This document shows positions 1 to 9,763 of a stretch of DNA of 39,089 nucleotides, piece after piece (positions within the stretch are counted from its first letter, which is position 1; every line of letters starts with the position of its first letter). The notes below the pieces were generated by a model. That model had not been told where the DNA came from and made no database searches. It was given only the letters and a program-made list of their open reading frames with translations. The translations under genes and the position numbers were made by a program. This stretch comes from Fidelibacterota bacterium. GTDB taxonomy: Bacteria > Fidelibacterota > Marinisomatia > Marinisomatales > Marinisomataceae. The DNA lies in contig JAYZIW010000029.1 of NCBI GenBank assembly GCA_036165075.1, positions 1-39,089 of the forward strand, in the 5' to 3' direction.

Positions 1-248
1 TATTTAGTTTGTAATATGTTAGAAAAATCATTTCCTACTCCACTCACTCCACATCCATTTAATATCCCAACCTTCAATGTTTGATTATCATAATTTTCAA
101 ATAATTTAATTTTTTGAGTTGATTCTATTTTTTGATTGGAGTTATTAATAACAACCTTCTGATCCAGGAAGCTTTTTGATAGTGACCATCCAAAAATAAT
201 AATAATGATTAAAAGTATAATAATGACTGAATCAAGAAAATATTTCAT
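1..248 (-). CDS. LytR_C-domain membrane-anchored protein, first 82 codons only (gene runs off the left edge)
   Basis: Absent from the ORF track because there is no stop in the window. Minus-strand ATG at 248-246, 3 nt after the glmU-like stop. My translation: MKYFLDSVIIILLIIIIIFGWSLSKSFLDQKVVINNSNQKIESTQKIKLFENYDNQTLKVGILNGCGVSGVGNDFSNILQTK. It has one N-terminal TM helix, then the V.ILNG.GV.G signature typical of LytR C-terminal domains. Confidence 0.55.
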   Translation of the reverse strand, partial: MKYFLDSVIIILLIIIIIFGWSLSKSFLDQKVVINNSNQKIESTQKIKLFENYDNQTLKVGILNGCGVSGVGNDFSNILQTK

Positions 249-251
249 CCT

Positions 252-974
252 TTAACTATTTTTCAGTGAATTTAATTGGTTTATTGTATTGATTCCTATT
301 ACCTCCATAGGATCCTCAATTTTTTTTGCTTGTACTGGAGAATTTTCTTTAATCAGCTCTATAACATCGGTTAAATAGTATTCATTTGATGCATTATTAG
401 ATTTTATTCTTTTTAATTCACTAAAAAGCTGTGGAATTTTAAAAATGTATATACCTGGGTTCCATTCTTTGATTTTTTTCTCATCTGGGGTGCAATCTTT
501 TTCTTCTACTATTTTTAATAAATCACCATCTTGATTTCTGATAATGCGACCATATCCTGTTGGATCGTCTAGCATTGCAGTAATCAAAGTTGCATTGCGA
601 TTTTCTTTTATATGCTCATCTATGATAGGGAATAGGGTGCTAGATTTGATATTTGGTGCGTCACCATATAATATTAATAAATGACCTGATTTATTTTCGA
701 GTTGATTTTCCAGTTGTAGCGCTGCATGACCCGTTCCTAGTTGTTGTTCTTGAGATACATAATTTACATTATCATTTTGTATATGATTTTTGACAAGATC
801 TTTCTGAAAACCCACTACAAGAGTGATTGAATCTGGATTTAATTCTGATGCTGTATCTAGCACATAATCAATTAAACTTTTACCATTTAGTTGATGTAAA
901 ACCTTAGGCAGTTCAGATTCCATTCTTGATCCCTTACCTGCAGCCAAAATTCCAATATGTAGCTGATTATTCAT
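252..974 (-). CDS. glmU: UDP-N-acetylglucosamine diphosphorylase-like protein (GlmU N-terminal uridyltransferase domain only, no acetyltransferase beta-helix)
   Basis: 240 aa, colinear with the N-terminal half of E. coli GlmU as I recall it. Shared blocks: ILAAGKGSRM..LPKVLH, EQQLGTGHA, ILYGDAP, LDDPTGYGRI, NEYYLTDVI. The protein ends at the linker and has no hexapeptide repeats. ATGA overlap with the mnmA stop (971-974). Confidence 0.75.
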   Translation of the reverse strand: MNNQLHIGILAAGKGSRMESELPKVLHQLNGKSLIDYVLDTASELNPDSITLVVGFQKDLVKNHIQNDNVNYVSQEQQLGTGHAALQLENQLENKSGHLLILYGDAPNIKSSTLFPIIDEHIKENRNATLITAMLDDPTGYGRIIRNQDGDLLKIVEEKDCTPDEKKIKEWNPGIYIFKIPQLFSELKRIKSNNASNEYYLTDVIELIKENSPVQAKKIEDPMEVIGINTINQLNSLKNS

Positions 975-2080
975 TCAATATTTTGTCCTAAAAAAGGTAT
1001 ATCTCTCTTTGATATAACACCACCACCGATACAGGTCTCTTCTTTGTCGTAAAAGACAATAGATTGTCCTGCAGTGATCGCTTTTTGTTTTGACTTAAAT
1101 TTAATGAGATATGAATTGTTATCTAAAGAAAAAATATTACATTCCTTGTCTTTATCTCTGTATCTGACTTTTGCATAATATTTTTTTGGTAATATCTTAG
1201 GTTGTTTATTAATCCAATTAATATTCTTTGCTATAATTGTTTTACTAAATAGGGCAGGATGGTCTTCTCCTTGTACCACAAAAACAATATTATTCTTAAT
1301 ATCTTTTTTAGCTACATACCATGGCTTGTCTTCAGCGCTAAATCTTGCACCAATACCCAAACCTTTTCTTTGACCAATTGTAAAATAAATATGACCATTA
1401 TGCTTTCCTAATATTTCTCCATCAAGTGACTGAATTTCTCCTTTTTCAGACGATAAATGTTCTCCGACAAAATCATTATATTTTCTTTCCCCAATAAAAC
1501 ATATTCCGGTGCTATCTTTTTTATTATGATTGATTAGAGAATATTTTTTTGCAATCTTTCGCACCTCTTTTTTTAAAATTTTACCTAAAGGGAAGATGGT
1601 ATTTTCTAATTCAGATTGTCCTAGTTGATGAAGGAAATAGCTCTGATCTTTTGATTTATCTTTTGCTTTTTTTAGATATAAATTTGAACCAGATTTGTAA
1701 TAATCTACATAGTGACCTGTCGCAATTTTTGTTGCACCTATTTCTTGTGCATAATCTTGAAACACTTCAAATTTTATTTCTTTATTACATAATACATCAG
1801 GATTCGGAGTGAGCCCGTTAATATGGTCATCTAGAAATTGTTTAAATACCTTATTTTTATATTCATGGGTATAGTCAATTTTTTTTAACGAAATATTCAG
1901 TTTTTTACACACACTAACAGCGTCAGCATAATCATCTTCTGCAGAACAAATAGCATGCTTATCATCCCAATTTTTCATAAATACACCATGGACATCATAT
2001 CCATCTTTTTTTAATAAGATAGCTGCAACAGAACTGTCAACACCTCCGCTAATACCTAATACTATTTTTTCTTTTTTCAT
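971..2080 (-). CDS. mnmA: tRNA-specific 2-thiouridylase MnmA
   Basis: 369 aa. PP-loop GISGGVDSSVAA at the N-terminus, typical MnmA length and conserved Cys/aromatic blocks (ATGHY, QSYFL, KDSTGICFIG). Confidence 0.93.
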   Translation of the reverse strand: MKKEKIVLGISGGVDSSVAAILLKKDGYDVHGVFMKNWDDKHAICSAEDDYADAVSVCKKLNISLKKIDYTHEYKNKVFKQFLDDHINGLTPNPDVLCNKEIKFEVFQDYAQEIGATKIATGHYVDYYKSGSNLYLKKAKDKSKDQSYFLHQLGQSELENTIFPLGKILKKEVRKIAKKYSLINHNKKDSTGICFIGERKYNDFVGEHLSSEKGEIQSLDGEILGKHNGHIYFTIGQRKGLGIGARFSAEDKPWYVAKKDIKNNIVFVVQGEDHPALFSKTIIAKNINWINKQPKILPKKYYAKVRYRDKDKECNIFSLDNNSYLIKFKSKQKAITAGQSIVFYDKEETCIGGGVISKRDIPFLGQNIE

Positions 2081-2113
2081 TTAGTTTACTTTCATATCTT
2101 AATAAAAAATTTT

Positions 2114-3019
2114 ATGAGTTCAAATCAATCACATAAAGCATTAGTTTTTGGTTCAATCAGCATCGATAAAATTGTTAATAAGTATGGTTCTTATTCAGAT
2201 GTATTGGGTGGATCAGCATCCTATGCATTGTTAGCAACTAAAAAGAAAGAATGCCAACTCGTTGGAATGGTAGGAAATGATTTTTCGAAAAAACACTTTA
2301 CTCTTCTAGGTGAACATTCTATTAATTTAGATGATTTAAAAATAGAGCAAGGCAATACATTTGCTTGGGGTGGTGAGTACGCCGATGATTTTTCAACAAG
2401 AGAAACACTTTATGTAGATCCTGGGGTTTCAGAAAAATATGAACCAGTTTTATCAGATAATTCAAAAAATTGTGAATACTTATTGCTGGGTAACACTCAC
2501 CCTCATTTACAACTTACTCTTTTAAATCAAATTGAATCAAAACCATTTGTTATATTAGATACTTTTAAGCTATATATGGATATAGCGAACAGTGATTTGA
2601 AGAAAATTATCTCCAAATCTAATTTGTTATGTATTAATTATAATGAGGCTATTCATTTATGTGGATTAAAAAATCCTAATTTAAAAGATATGGCACAATA
2701 CATATTAGATATGGGAGTTGATAGCTTAATCATTAAACAAGGAGAGGATGGAGCATCTTTTTTTGAAAACAATAATCATTTTTCTATAGGTGCATATCCA
2801 GTGAAAAAAGTTATGGATACCACTGGAGCAGGAGACTCTTTTGCAGGAGGTCTCCTTTCGTCTAAAATGCAAGGTAGTAATATACAAGATTCTATGGTAT
2901 CTGGTGCAACAATGGCATCATTTTGTATTGAAAATATTGCCCATAAAGGTTTAATAGAGTTTTCTAAGGAAGAATATTGTATACGCAAAGAATGGATTGA
3001 ATCAAGTCTTACCTATTGA
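2114..3019 (+). CDS. PfkB/ribokinase-family carbohydrate or nucleoside kinase
   Basis: 301 aa. N-terminal GG dipeptide region (VLGGSASY), INYNEA motif and the C-terminal anion-hole motif DTTGAGDSFAGG. Substrate cannot be assigned from sequence. Confidence 0.8.
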   Translation: MSSNQSHKALVFGSISIDKIVNKYGSYSDVLGGSASYALLATKKKECQLVGMVGNDFSKKHFTLLGEHSINLDDLKIEQGNTFAWGGEYADDFSTRETLYVDPGVSEKYEPVLSDNSKNCEYLLLGNTHPHLQLTLLNQIESKPFVILDTFKLYMDIANSDLKKIISKSNLLCINYNEAIHLCGLKNPNLKDMAQYILDMGVDSLIIKQGEDGASFFENNNHFSIGAYPVKKVMDTTGAGDSFAGGLLSSKMQGSNIQDSMVSGATMASFCIENIAHKGLIEFSKEEYCIRKEWIESSLTY

Positions 3020-3071
3020 AATCTGATAATAATACTACTAACTTGTTCCTATAACTGGAGGATATATACTT

Positions 3072-4166
3072 ATGAGAATTATAAAAAACTTTTTTCTTAC
3101 ATTAATATTGGTTTCTACACTATTTGCTGGACAAGATTTAGAGTCTGCAAAAATTAGATTAAAAGACAAAGAATGGGACAAGGCAGAGGAATTTTTATTG
3201 AAAGCCTTGAATCATCCAAAGGATAAGTGGGAAGCCGCATTTCATTTAGCAGATAAAATTTATCCTAGATCACAAGATTGGGCTAAAGTAAAAGAGTATA
3301 TGGATATTGCAAGTACTGCTTCAGCAAATACCAAGATTCGTCCTACTCCAAATGATAAAAAAATATTGATGTCCCAAGCTGTTGCAGCTTCAATGACAAA
3401 AAGTTATAATTTAATTTATTATAGAGCGTCTGGATTTTTAGGCTTGTTAAACAAAGTAAGCGATCCGGATAAAAGAAATGCATTAATAGACCAAGCTATT
3501 ACAACTTCAATGCAAGCTAAAGAATTAGATCCTTCACAACCAGGTGCATATGCGCTACTTGGCTTGTATTATTCAGTAAAAGGTGACAAAGACAACACAT
3601 TTAAATACATAGACCAAGCATTAGATTTGCCAGATATACCAGCAGACACCAATTTAGCACTTCTTCTTAGTGCGGGTCAGAGCGCAGTACGTTTAGGTGA
3701 TTTTGATAAAGGGTTAGGATATTATGAAAGAGCTTTATCGGGTAATCCTAATGAAGTAGCTGTTCTTAAAAACTTAGGATCTTTATATCTTGCAAAAGAA
3801 GACTTTGAGTCTGCATTGATACATCTTAATTCTGCAATCGATCAATCTGAAGATGATAAAGAAAAAGTAGACTTATTCTTTAATAGAGGATTAGTGTATT
3901 TAAATATGAAAGAATTTGAAGAAGCAGAATATAATTTTGAAGAAGCATATTTTCTAGCTCCTGACGATAAAGAAGCTTTATTGGGTCTTGCAAAAGCACT
4001 TGAACAAGCAGAAAGATGGAGAAAATCTAGAACATATTATTTAGAATTAATTGATGCTGATCCAAATAATGCTAGTTATTATTATGGGGTATATCGTACC
4101 TATTTTGGAGAAGGCAGACTTGAAGATGCTACCGAGTATTTAAATAAAGCTAACGCATTAAGATAA
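3072..4166 (+). CDS. Secreted tetratricopeptide-repeat (TPR) protein
   Basis: 364 aa. Signal-like N-terminus MRIIKNFFLTLILVSTLFAG. Repeated 34-aa A/L/Y/G patterns (e.g. AYALLGLYYSVKGDKDNTFKYIDQAL, NLGSLYLAKEDFESALIHLNSAI, NRGLVYLNMKEFEEAEYNFEEAY). GGAGGA SD 11 nt upstream. Confidence 0.8.
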   Translation: MRIIKNFFLTLILVSTLFAGQDLESAKIRLKDKEWDKAEEFLLKALNHPKDKWEAAFHLADKIYPRSQDWAKVKEYMDIASTASANTKIRPTPNDKKILMSQAVAASMTKSYNLIYYRASGFLGLLNKVSDPDKRNALIDQAITTSMQAKELDPSQPGAYALLGLYYSVKGDKDNTFKYIDQALDLPDIPADTNLALLLSAGQSAVRLGDFDKGLGYYERALSGNPNEVAVLKNLGSLYLAKEDFESALIHLNSAIDQSEDDKEKVDLFFNRGLVYLNMKEFEEAEYNFEEAYFLAPDDKEALLGLAKALEQAERWRKSRTYYLELIDADPNNASYYYGVYRTYFGEGRLEDATEYLNKANALR

Positions 4167-4170
4167 ATTT

Positions 4171-5136
4171 TTAGTAAATAACTTGACCTACTTGTTCTTG
4201 ATAGAACTGTTTAGTCGCATTCTCTAAGACTACCCCTACTGCACGATAAGCATTGGCATTATCTCTAAAACCAGCATATGGAGTAGCTACTTCAATCGCA
4301 TTAATCTTACCACTATCACTGCTACCATAGGTTTCTAAAGTATACCCTCCAGATGTATATGGATTAGCCCCTGGAGATGGATTGTCTAATGTTGGTACAA
4401 CACTAAAAGTATAGCCATTGTATGATGAGCCAAATAATAAATTACCAAAACTACTATATCCTCTAACTATCTCTGAAAATGTAGCTGCAGAAATAGAGGC
4501 CATTTGATTAACGCTAGATTGGCTACTATATGAATTAAGTGCGCTATTTGATAGATTTAAATTATTTGCAGATAATAGATATCCCAATTCAAATTGCTGC
4601 ACAGAATGATCATGTTCAACAAGGTTCAGTAGTAATCCTGAATCAAAATGAGCCTCTACAGAGTCAATAGCTGTTTGTAAGTAGCTGTGATATGTACCAT
4701 ATGACAAGGTAGCATAACTATTACCTTGTGCTCCATCTGTTAGATTTGTATCAGGATCTAATTTTGTACGACTAACGTTATTATAAATAATATGTGGAAA
4801 AAGACCATTCGAATTTGCATTAAAAAATACTGCAAATTGTTCTGCTACTTTTCTGGTATTTACTGCACGTGCTGTATCTCCAGTGCGGTCTGCCATTGTA
4901 GATGGAACTAATGTCCCATCATGAGGCACCGTAATAATTACAGGAGTATTACCAACCCTATATTGAACATAACCTTGACCATCTGATACTATTTCTCCCG
5001 GCGTATAAATAACAGTAGGCGTAGGTACTGTTGATTGTGTAGCACGATTGCTATCGCTACAACCTAAAAGAATTATGGTTATTAGTAGTGTTATTGCAAT
5101 TAATGACCTATTAGTATGTAATGCCTTCATTTTCAT
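4171..5136 (-). CDS. Lipoprotein, N-formylglutamate amidohydrolase (FGase)-like zinc hydrolase fold (tentative)
   Basis: - The ORF track starts at a TTG (5157). I prefer the ATG at 5136-5134, preceded by GAGG plus 8 nt.
- Lipobox LLGCS.
- Blocks resembling the FGase family from memory: VPHDGT, SRTKLDPDTN, YHSYL, LLLNLVEHDH, NPYTSGGYTLETYG, NAIEV.
- The start lies 26 nt inside the 3' end of ggt. Confidence 0.5.
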   Translation of the reverse strand: MKMKALHTNRSLIAITLLITIILLGCSDSNRATQSTVPTPTVIYTPGEIVSDGQGYVQYRVGNTPVIITVPHDGTLVPSTMADRTGDTARAVNTRKVAEQFAVFFNANSNGLFPHIIYNNVSRTKLDPDTNLTDGAQGNSYATLSYGTYHSYLQTAIDSVEAHFDSGLLLNLVEHDHSVQQFELGYLLSANNLNLSNSALNSYSSQSSVNQMASISAATFSEIVRGYSSFGNLLFGSSYNGYTFSVVPTLDNPSPGANPYTSGGYTLETYGSSDSGKINAIEVATPYAGFRDNANAYRAVGVVLENATKQFYQEQVGQVIY

Positions 5137-6901
5137 CGTATTTTCCTCTTTTATCAAAACCTGTTATAAATTTATTATTTTTTAATTGTACTCCATGTGT
5201 TTGCGCGAGTCCGTATACACCTCTTTCTACAACACCATCATGTTCAAATATATGATTTAGCGCTTCTAGTTCACTAATAGTTTTTTTAGTGAGTGAATTT
5301 TTTTCATATCTTAAATTATCTGGCAACCATTGAGAGTGTGTTCGTGGTGTATCAATAGCCTCTTGTATATTCAAATCATGATCTACAATACTAATGATGG
5401 TCTGTAATACTGCAGTAATAATTCTTGATCCACCAGCAGCACCAATTGTTAAAATCGGAGTGCCTTCACTATCAATAATAATTGTAGGGCTCATAGAGCT
5501 AAGTGGTCGTTTAAATGGTGCAATAGCATTGGCTTTATAACCAATTAAACCAAATGCATTTGCTATGCCAGGCTTAGATGAGAAATCATCCATCTCATTA
5601 TTTAATAAGAATCCAGCACCATCTACTATTTTTTTGTTCCCATAGCTCATATTAAGCGTAGTAGTAATTCCTACAACATTACCTTGATTATCCATTACTG
5701 AATAATGTGTTGTTTCTACACTTTCTTTTGAAATGTTCTTACCTGCTGCAATTTCTGTACTACGAGTAGCAGAATTCATTGATATTAATGATAACCGTTT
5801 TTTTGCATATTCTTTTGATGTTAACATAGGAATCGGGTTAGGCCAAAAATCTGGATCTCCTAAGTGTATTGCTCTATCTGCATAGGCTAGTCTTTGTACT
5901 TCAGTTAAAAGATGTACAAATTCTGTAGAGTTTCTTTCCATCGATTTCATATCAAAGTTTTCAATCATATTAAACATTTGTACTAATAATGCTCCACCTG
6001 AGCTTGGTGGACCCATAGAAATAATTTGATTGTTTCTATATGTGCCTATTATAGGATCCCGATAGACTGAATGATAGTTGAGTAAGTCTTCTTTTGTTAT
6101 AAAGCCATTATTAGCAACCATCTCTTGTATAATCAGTTCTGCTGTTTTACCAGAATAAAATCCAGAATTACCATTTTTAGCAATACGCTTTAATGTATTT
6201 GCCAAATCTTTTTGTATTAAAATATCACCCTCTTGCCACTCATCAATATTAGCTAATTTTTTTCGATACTCGTCTTGAGAGAGCTCTCCATTTATAAAAG
6301 CTTGTTGAATATCCAAGATATCATTGTTTATATCTTTTATAAAAATTTTAGCAGATCCTTCATCGTTTAAAAATAATGCTTTATAAGAATCAAATCCTTG
6401 TGCAGCAACCCCATTAATTGGATATCCATTTTCTGCATAATCTATGGCAGGAGCCATTATTTCTTCTAATGTAAAATTACCAGAACCATAATCACTAAAA
6501 ATTTTTAATAAGCCATTAACCGTTCCCGGTACACCTGAAGACTTATGAGAGTTTAAGGCAAGATCGCGACTATATTGTTCATTCTCATCAAGAAACATTG
6601 TTTCATAGGAAAATTCTGGAGCTTTTTCTCGAAAATCTAAACTAATTGCTTCTCCATCTGCGGTGTAGGCGACTAAAAATCCACCACCACCAAGATTCCC
6701 ATTTGAAGGAGAGGTAACTGCCAATGTAAATCCTGTTGCAACAATAGCATCAAATGCATTTCCACCTTTTTTAAGAATATCAATACCTACTTGTGATGCT
6801 ATGCTAGAAGTAGAGGATACTCCACCTTGCGTATTGTTTTTTGTGCTACAACTAGCGCACATTAATGCAATGGCTGTTAATATGATATAGTGTGTTCTCA
6901 T
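5111..6901 (-). CDS. ggt: Gamma-glutamyltranspeptidase (periplasmic, probable lipoprotein)
   Basis: 596 aa. Signal/lipobox-like MCASCS. Conserved GGT blocks GGGGF, autoprocessing/nucleophile region ETTHYSVMD, GNKKIVDGAGFLLNNEMDDFS, PLSSMSPTI, GAAGGSRIIT. Confidence 0.9.
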   Translation of the reverse strand: MRTHYIILTAIALMCASCSTKNNTQGGVSSTSSIASQVGIDILKKGGNAFDAIVATGFTLAVTSPSNGNLGGGGFLVAYTADGEAISLDFREKAPEFSYETMFLDENEQYSRDLALNSHKSSGVPGTVNGLLKIFSDYGSGNFTLEEIMAPAIDYAENGYPINGVAAQGFDSYKALFLNDEGSAKIFIKDINNDILDIQQAFINGELSQDEYRKKLANIDEWQEGDILIQKDLANTLKRIAKNGNSGFYSGKTAELIIQEMVANNGFITKEDLLNYHSVYRDPIIGTYRNNQIISMGPPSSGGALLVQMFNMIENFDMKSMERNSTEFVHLLTEVQRLAYADRAIHLGDPDFWPNPIPMLTSKEYAKKRLSLISMNSATRSTEIAAGKNISKESVETTHYSVMDNQGNVVGITTTLNMSYGNKKIVDGAGFLLNNEMDDFSSKPGIANAFGLIGYKANAIAPFKRPLSSMSPTIIIDSEGTPILTIGAAGGSRIITAVLQTIISIVDHDLNIQEAIDTPRTHSQWLPDNLRYEKNSLTKKTISELEALNHIFEHDGVVERGVYGLAQTHGVQLKNNKFITGFDKRGKYDENEGITY

Positions 6902-6917
6902 GATATGAAAAGGTAAT

Positions 6918-6949
6918 AAAAAGCCTCTACAAAAAATAGAGGCTTTTTA
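6918..6949 (-). terminator. Rho-independent-type hairpin between the TonB receptor gene and ggt
   Basis: Stem AGCCTCTA (6922-6929) pairs with TAGAGGCT (6937-6944) around a 7-nt loop, flanked by an A-run and a T-run, so it reads as hairpin plus U-tract on either strand. It sits 28 nt after the receptor stop and only about 20 nt before the ggt ATG. Confidence 0.6.
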
Positions 6950-6976
6950 TTTTATTCAGTTATACTAACTCAACTA

Positions 6977-9763
6977 TTATAGAGTCATGTCTAAACGAGT
7001 GTAAACATAACGTCCGTTGAATCCAAATGGACTATATCCAGAATGCTGGAATATTCCATTAAAACTATTTCTTTTAATAGTTTTGTCTGGGTAAACATCG
7101 AAAACGTTATTCATACCAACTGAAACACGAACTTGGCTATTTGCCTGCCATGAATATTCCATGTCTGTAGTCCATTTTCCACTTAGTACTTGTTCTCTTG
7201 CTACACTTCCTGAAGGAATTGTTACTTCACCCCAACGGTTCATTTTAACCATCCATGTTGATGTTGGTCTTTGAACTCTTGCTGAGAACTGGAACATTTC
7301 TGCAGGAGATGAACTTTCAAATCTCACAGTGTTAGAACGACCTAACAAAGAAGCGCCCGTATAATCAGCTAGCGCTGCTGGAGTTACAAGATCACCTTTA
7401 TTAGTAACCTCAGTATCATTGAAGTTCATAGCTGCTTTTAATAATAGTGTACCGTTTGCAAGGTCACGATTCATAGTTGCAACTATATCCAATCCATTTG
7501 TTTCAGTATTAATTCCGTTAAAGAAATATCTACCACCAACGGCAGGGATACCTCTTTCAGCAAAGAATGTTGCCATATCAGAAGTAGCACCAGAACCTTT
7601 AAAGGTTTCACTCATAGTAATACGATCATCTACAGTAATGCTATAAGCATCTACTGCTAAACTAAACGTATCATCTTTATAAGTCATACCCATTGAAATG
7701 TTCTGTGATGTTTCAGGCTCAAGTGGTTTAGCACCTAAAGCCTTAGCTGGTTCTGTATCAACTGGGAAAGTACCTACTTCGTAAGGTATTCCGTCAATAA
7801 AGTTTGTTGCAATAGATGAGAAATACGCTTCTTGTAAAGCTGGCGCTCTAAATCCTGTGCTAATTGAACCTCTAGCAGCTAGGCCATCTTGTATTTCATA
7901 TCTCATAGCAACTTTACCAGTTGCGTGATTACCGAAGTCACTGTAGTCTTCTGCTCTTACGGCAACATTTACTAATAAGCCGTCTTTAACATCTGCTTCA
8001 GCATCAACGTAGAAACTAAGAGCGTCTCTATCACGGTCTTGCTCATTATTAGGAGCTAATCCTGGTAAACATTGACAACCAACTGCTGCGCCTGCGCCTG
8101 CATTTGGACCGTCTAATACATCAAAACCGCCATCAGCATAACCTGCTTCTTCACCAGCGTCGATAGTATAGTTTTCCGTACGAATTTCAGCACCCATAGC
8201 AAGACTTACTGGTCCAGCGAACCCATCAATCTCTCTTTGAGTAGTTAAGTCAAAATTTATAGTAGTTTGACTATAGCCTAATGTTCCTAGATCGAACTCA
8301 GATTGCTGTCCGGCACTAGTTCCATAAGTAGCGTTATGACTGTTTACCATTCCCCATGCAAAGTCATTTGATCCATTTGTTAAACTTAGATCATACGCAT
8401 AATCTCCCATAAGACCTTTCATTCCAACCGCGAACGATTTGTCTGAAAGCTCTGGGCTAATTAGAGGTAAGAATCCATCTGGATACCATGCACGAAGAGT
8501 ACGATTATCTTGTGCTCTTCTGTAGTAACATCCACTTTCACCATCTCGTGTATTATATCCACCAAATGTGTAGAAAGTACCACGTTCCATAGGGAAACTA
8601 CCATTCCACATTAAACTTACTTGTTCAAACTTACCAGCACCAATACGGTGATTTTCTCTATCGAATGCATGTTCTTCTGCATCCATACCCGCAAAGTACT
8701 GTCTTCTTGGATCAAGCCCCGCACGATTTGTACGACCACCGTCACGAATTTGACCACTTAAGTATAGATTTCCACCAAATATTTCCATTCCGTTACCAGC
8801 ATGAATAATTAGGTTTCTTCCATCTTCTTTTAAAACTGTTTCAAGACCTGAACGTGCATAACCACGGTCTGCACTGTATGGTAAATATCCAGTACCTTCG
8901 TGATCTGTATCAAGATCCCAAGAATAGGTATCTGCATCTTGTCCATCAATTAGTCCTTCGCCTGCAGCATAACCTCTTTCAAAATAAGAATAATTTTGAC
9001 CGTAGGTAACGCTCATATCGGCTCCACCAGTTTCTTTTAATATTAAATTAATAACACCTGCAACAGCGTCAGATCCGTACTTAGCTGCAGCACCATCACG
9101 CAAGACTTCAATTTTAGAAATTGCACTTGCTGGGATAGCATTTAAGTCAACCTGAGTTGAACCACGACCAACTGAACCATTTACGTGTACTAATGCACCC
9201 TGATGACGTCTTTTACCATTTACTAGTACTAGAGTCTGATTTGGTGCCATACCACGTAAAGTAGCAGGTCTCATATGGTCAGAACCATCTGTAATATAGC
9301 CTTTAGGCGAATTATAAGATGGAACTAATGCTTGTAATAGTTCATTGGTTTCAGTGAAACCAGATGCACGAATTTCAAGCTCAGTAATGACTTCTACTGG
9401 TACTGCTTGTTCGTCTACATTTCTTGCAAAACGAGATCCAAGAACTGAGACAGAATTACCAGAAACTGCACTAGATGCTAGCGAGAAGTTTGCGGTTGCA
9501 GAACCATCTACATTTACAGAAACGCTTGCAGATTCATATCCAATGTATGAAGCAGTTACAGTATATGAACCACTTGAAACACCGTCGACTGAATATGATC
9601 CGTCGGCTGCTGTTGCAGCACCAGATGATGTTCCTTCAACTGTTACATTTGCACCAAAAAGAGCATTACCTGCTCCATCAGTCACGGTACCTGAGACTGA
9701 ACCTTGTGCAAACATAAAGCTAGACATCATAACTAGTGCTATCACATTATATAGCTTTCTCAT
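6977..9763 (-). CDS. TonB-dependent outer-membrane receptor with N-terminal CarboxypepD_reg-like domain
   Basis: The ORF track gives 937 aa from 9790. The ATG at 9763 (MRKLYNVIALVMMSSFMFAQG) has an AGGAAG SD-like site 9 nt upstream and a clean signal peptide. N-terminal GSVSGTVTD..G..L.GANV...G......DG.Y fold motif, plug motifs NQTLVLVNGKR and KIEVLRDGAAAKYGSDAVAGVINLILK, followed by a long beta-barrel. Confidence 0.9.
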   Translation of the reverse strand: MRKLYNVIALVMMSSFMFAQGSVSGTVTDGAGNALFGANVTVEGTSSGAATAADGSYSVDGVSSGSYTVTASYIGYESASVSVNVDGSATANFSLASSAVSGNSVSVLGSRFARNVDEQAVPVEVITELEIRASGFTETNELLQALVPSYNSPKGYITDGSDHMRPATLRGMAPNQTLVLVNGKRRHQGALVHVNGSVGRGSTQVDLNAIPASAISKIEVLRDGAAAKYGSDAVAGVINLILKETGGADMSVTYGQNYSYFERGYAAGEGLIDGQDADTYSWDLDTDHEGTGYLPYSADRGYARSGLETVLKEDGRNLIIHAGNGMEIFGGNLYLSGQIRDGGRTNRAGLDPRRQYFAGMDAEEHAFDRENHRIGAGKFEQVSLMWNGSFPMERGTFYTFGGYNTRDGESGCYYRRAQDNRTLRAWYPDGFLPLISPELSDKSFAVGMKGLMGDYAYDLSLTNGSNDFAWGMVNSHNATYGTSAGQQSEFDLGTLGYSQTTINFDLTTQREIDGFAGPVSLAMGAEIRTENYTIDAGEEAGYADGGFDVLDGPNAGAGAAVGCQCLPGLAPNNEQDRDRDALSFYVDAEADVKDGLLVNVAVRAEDYSDFGNHATGKVAMRYEIQDGLAARGSISTGFRAPALQEAYFSSIATNFIDGIPYEVGTFPVDTEPAKALGAKPLEPETSQNISMGMTYKDDTFSLAVDAYSITVDDRITMSETFKGSGATSDMATFFAERGIPAVGGRYFFNGINTETNGLDIVATMNRDLANGTLLLKAAMNFNDTEVTNKGDLVTPAALADYTGASLLGRSNTVRFESSSPAEMFQFSARVQRPTSTWMVKMNRWGEVTIPSGSVAREQVLSGKWTTDMEYSWQANSQVRVSVGMNNVFDVYPDKTIKRNSFNGIFQHSGYSPFGFNGRYVYTRLDMTL

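Noticed and set aside
5137-5157. TTG-initiated 7-codon extension of the FGase-like lipoprotein ORF.
   Set aside because: The ATG at 5136 has a GAGG SD at proper spacing and directly begins a lipoprotein signal peptide.
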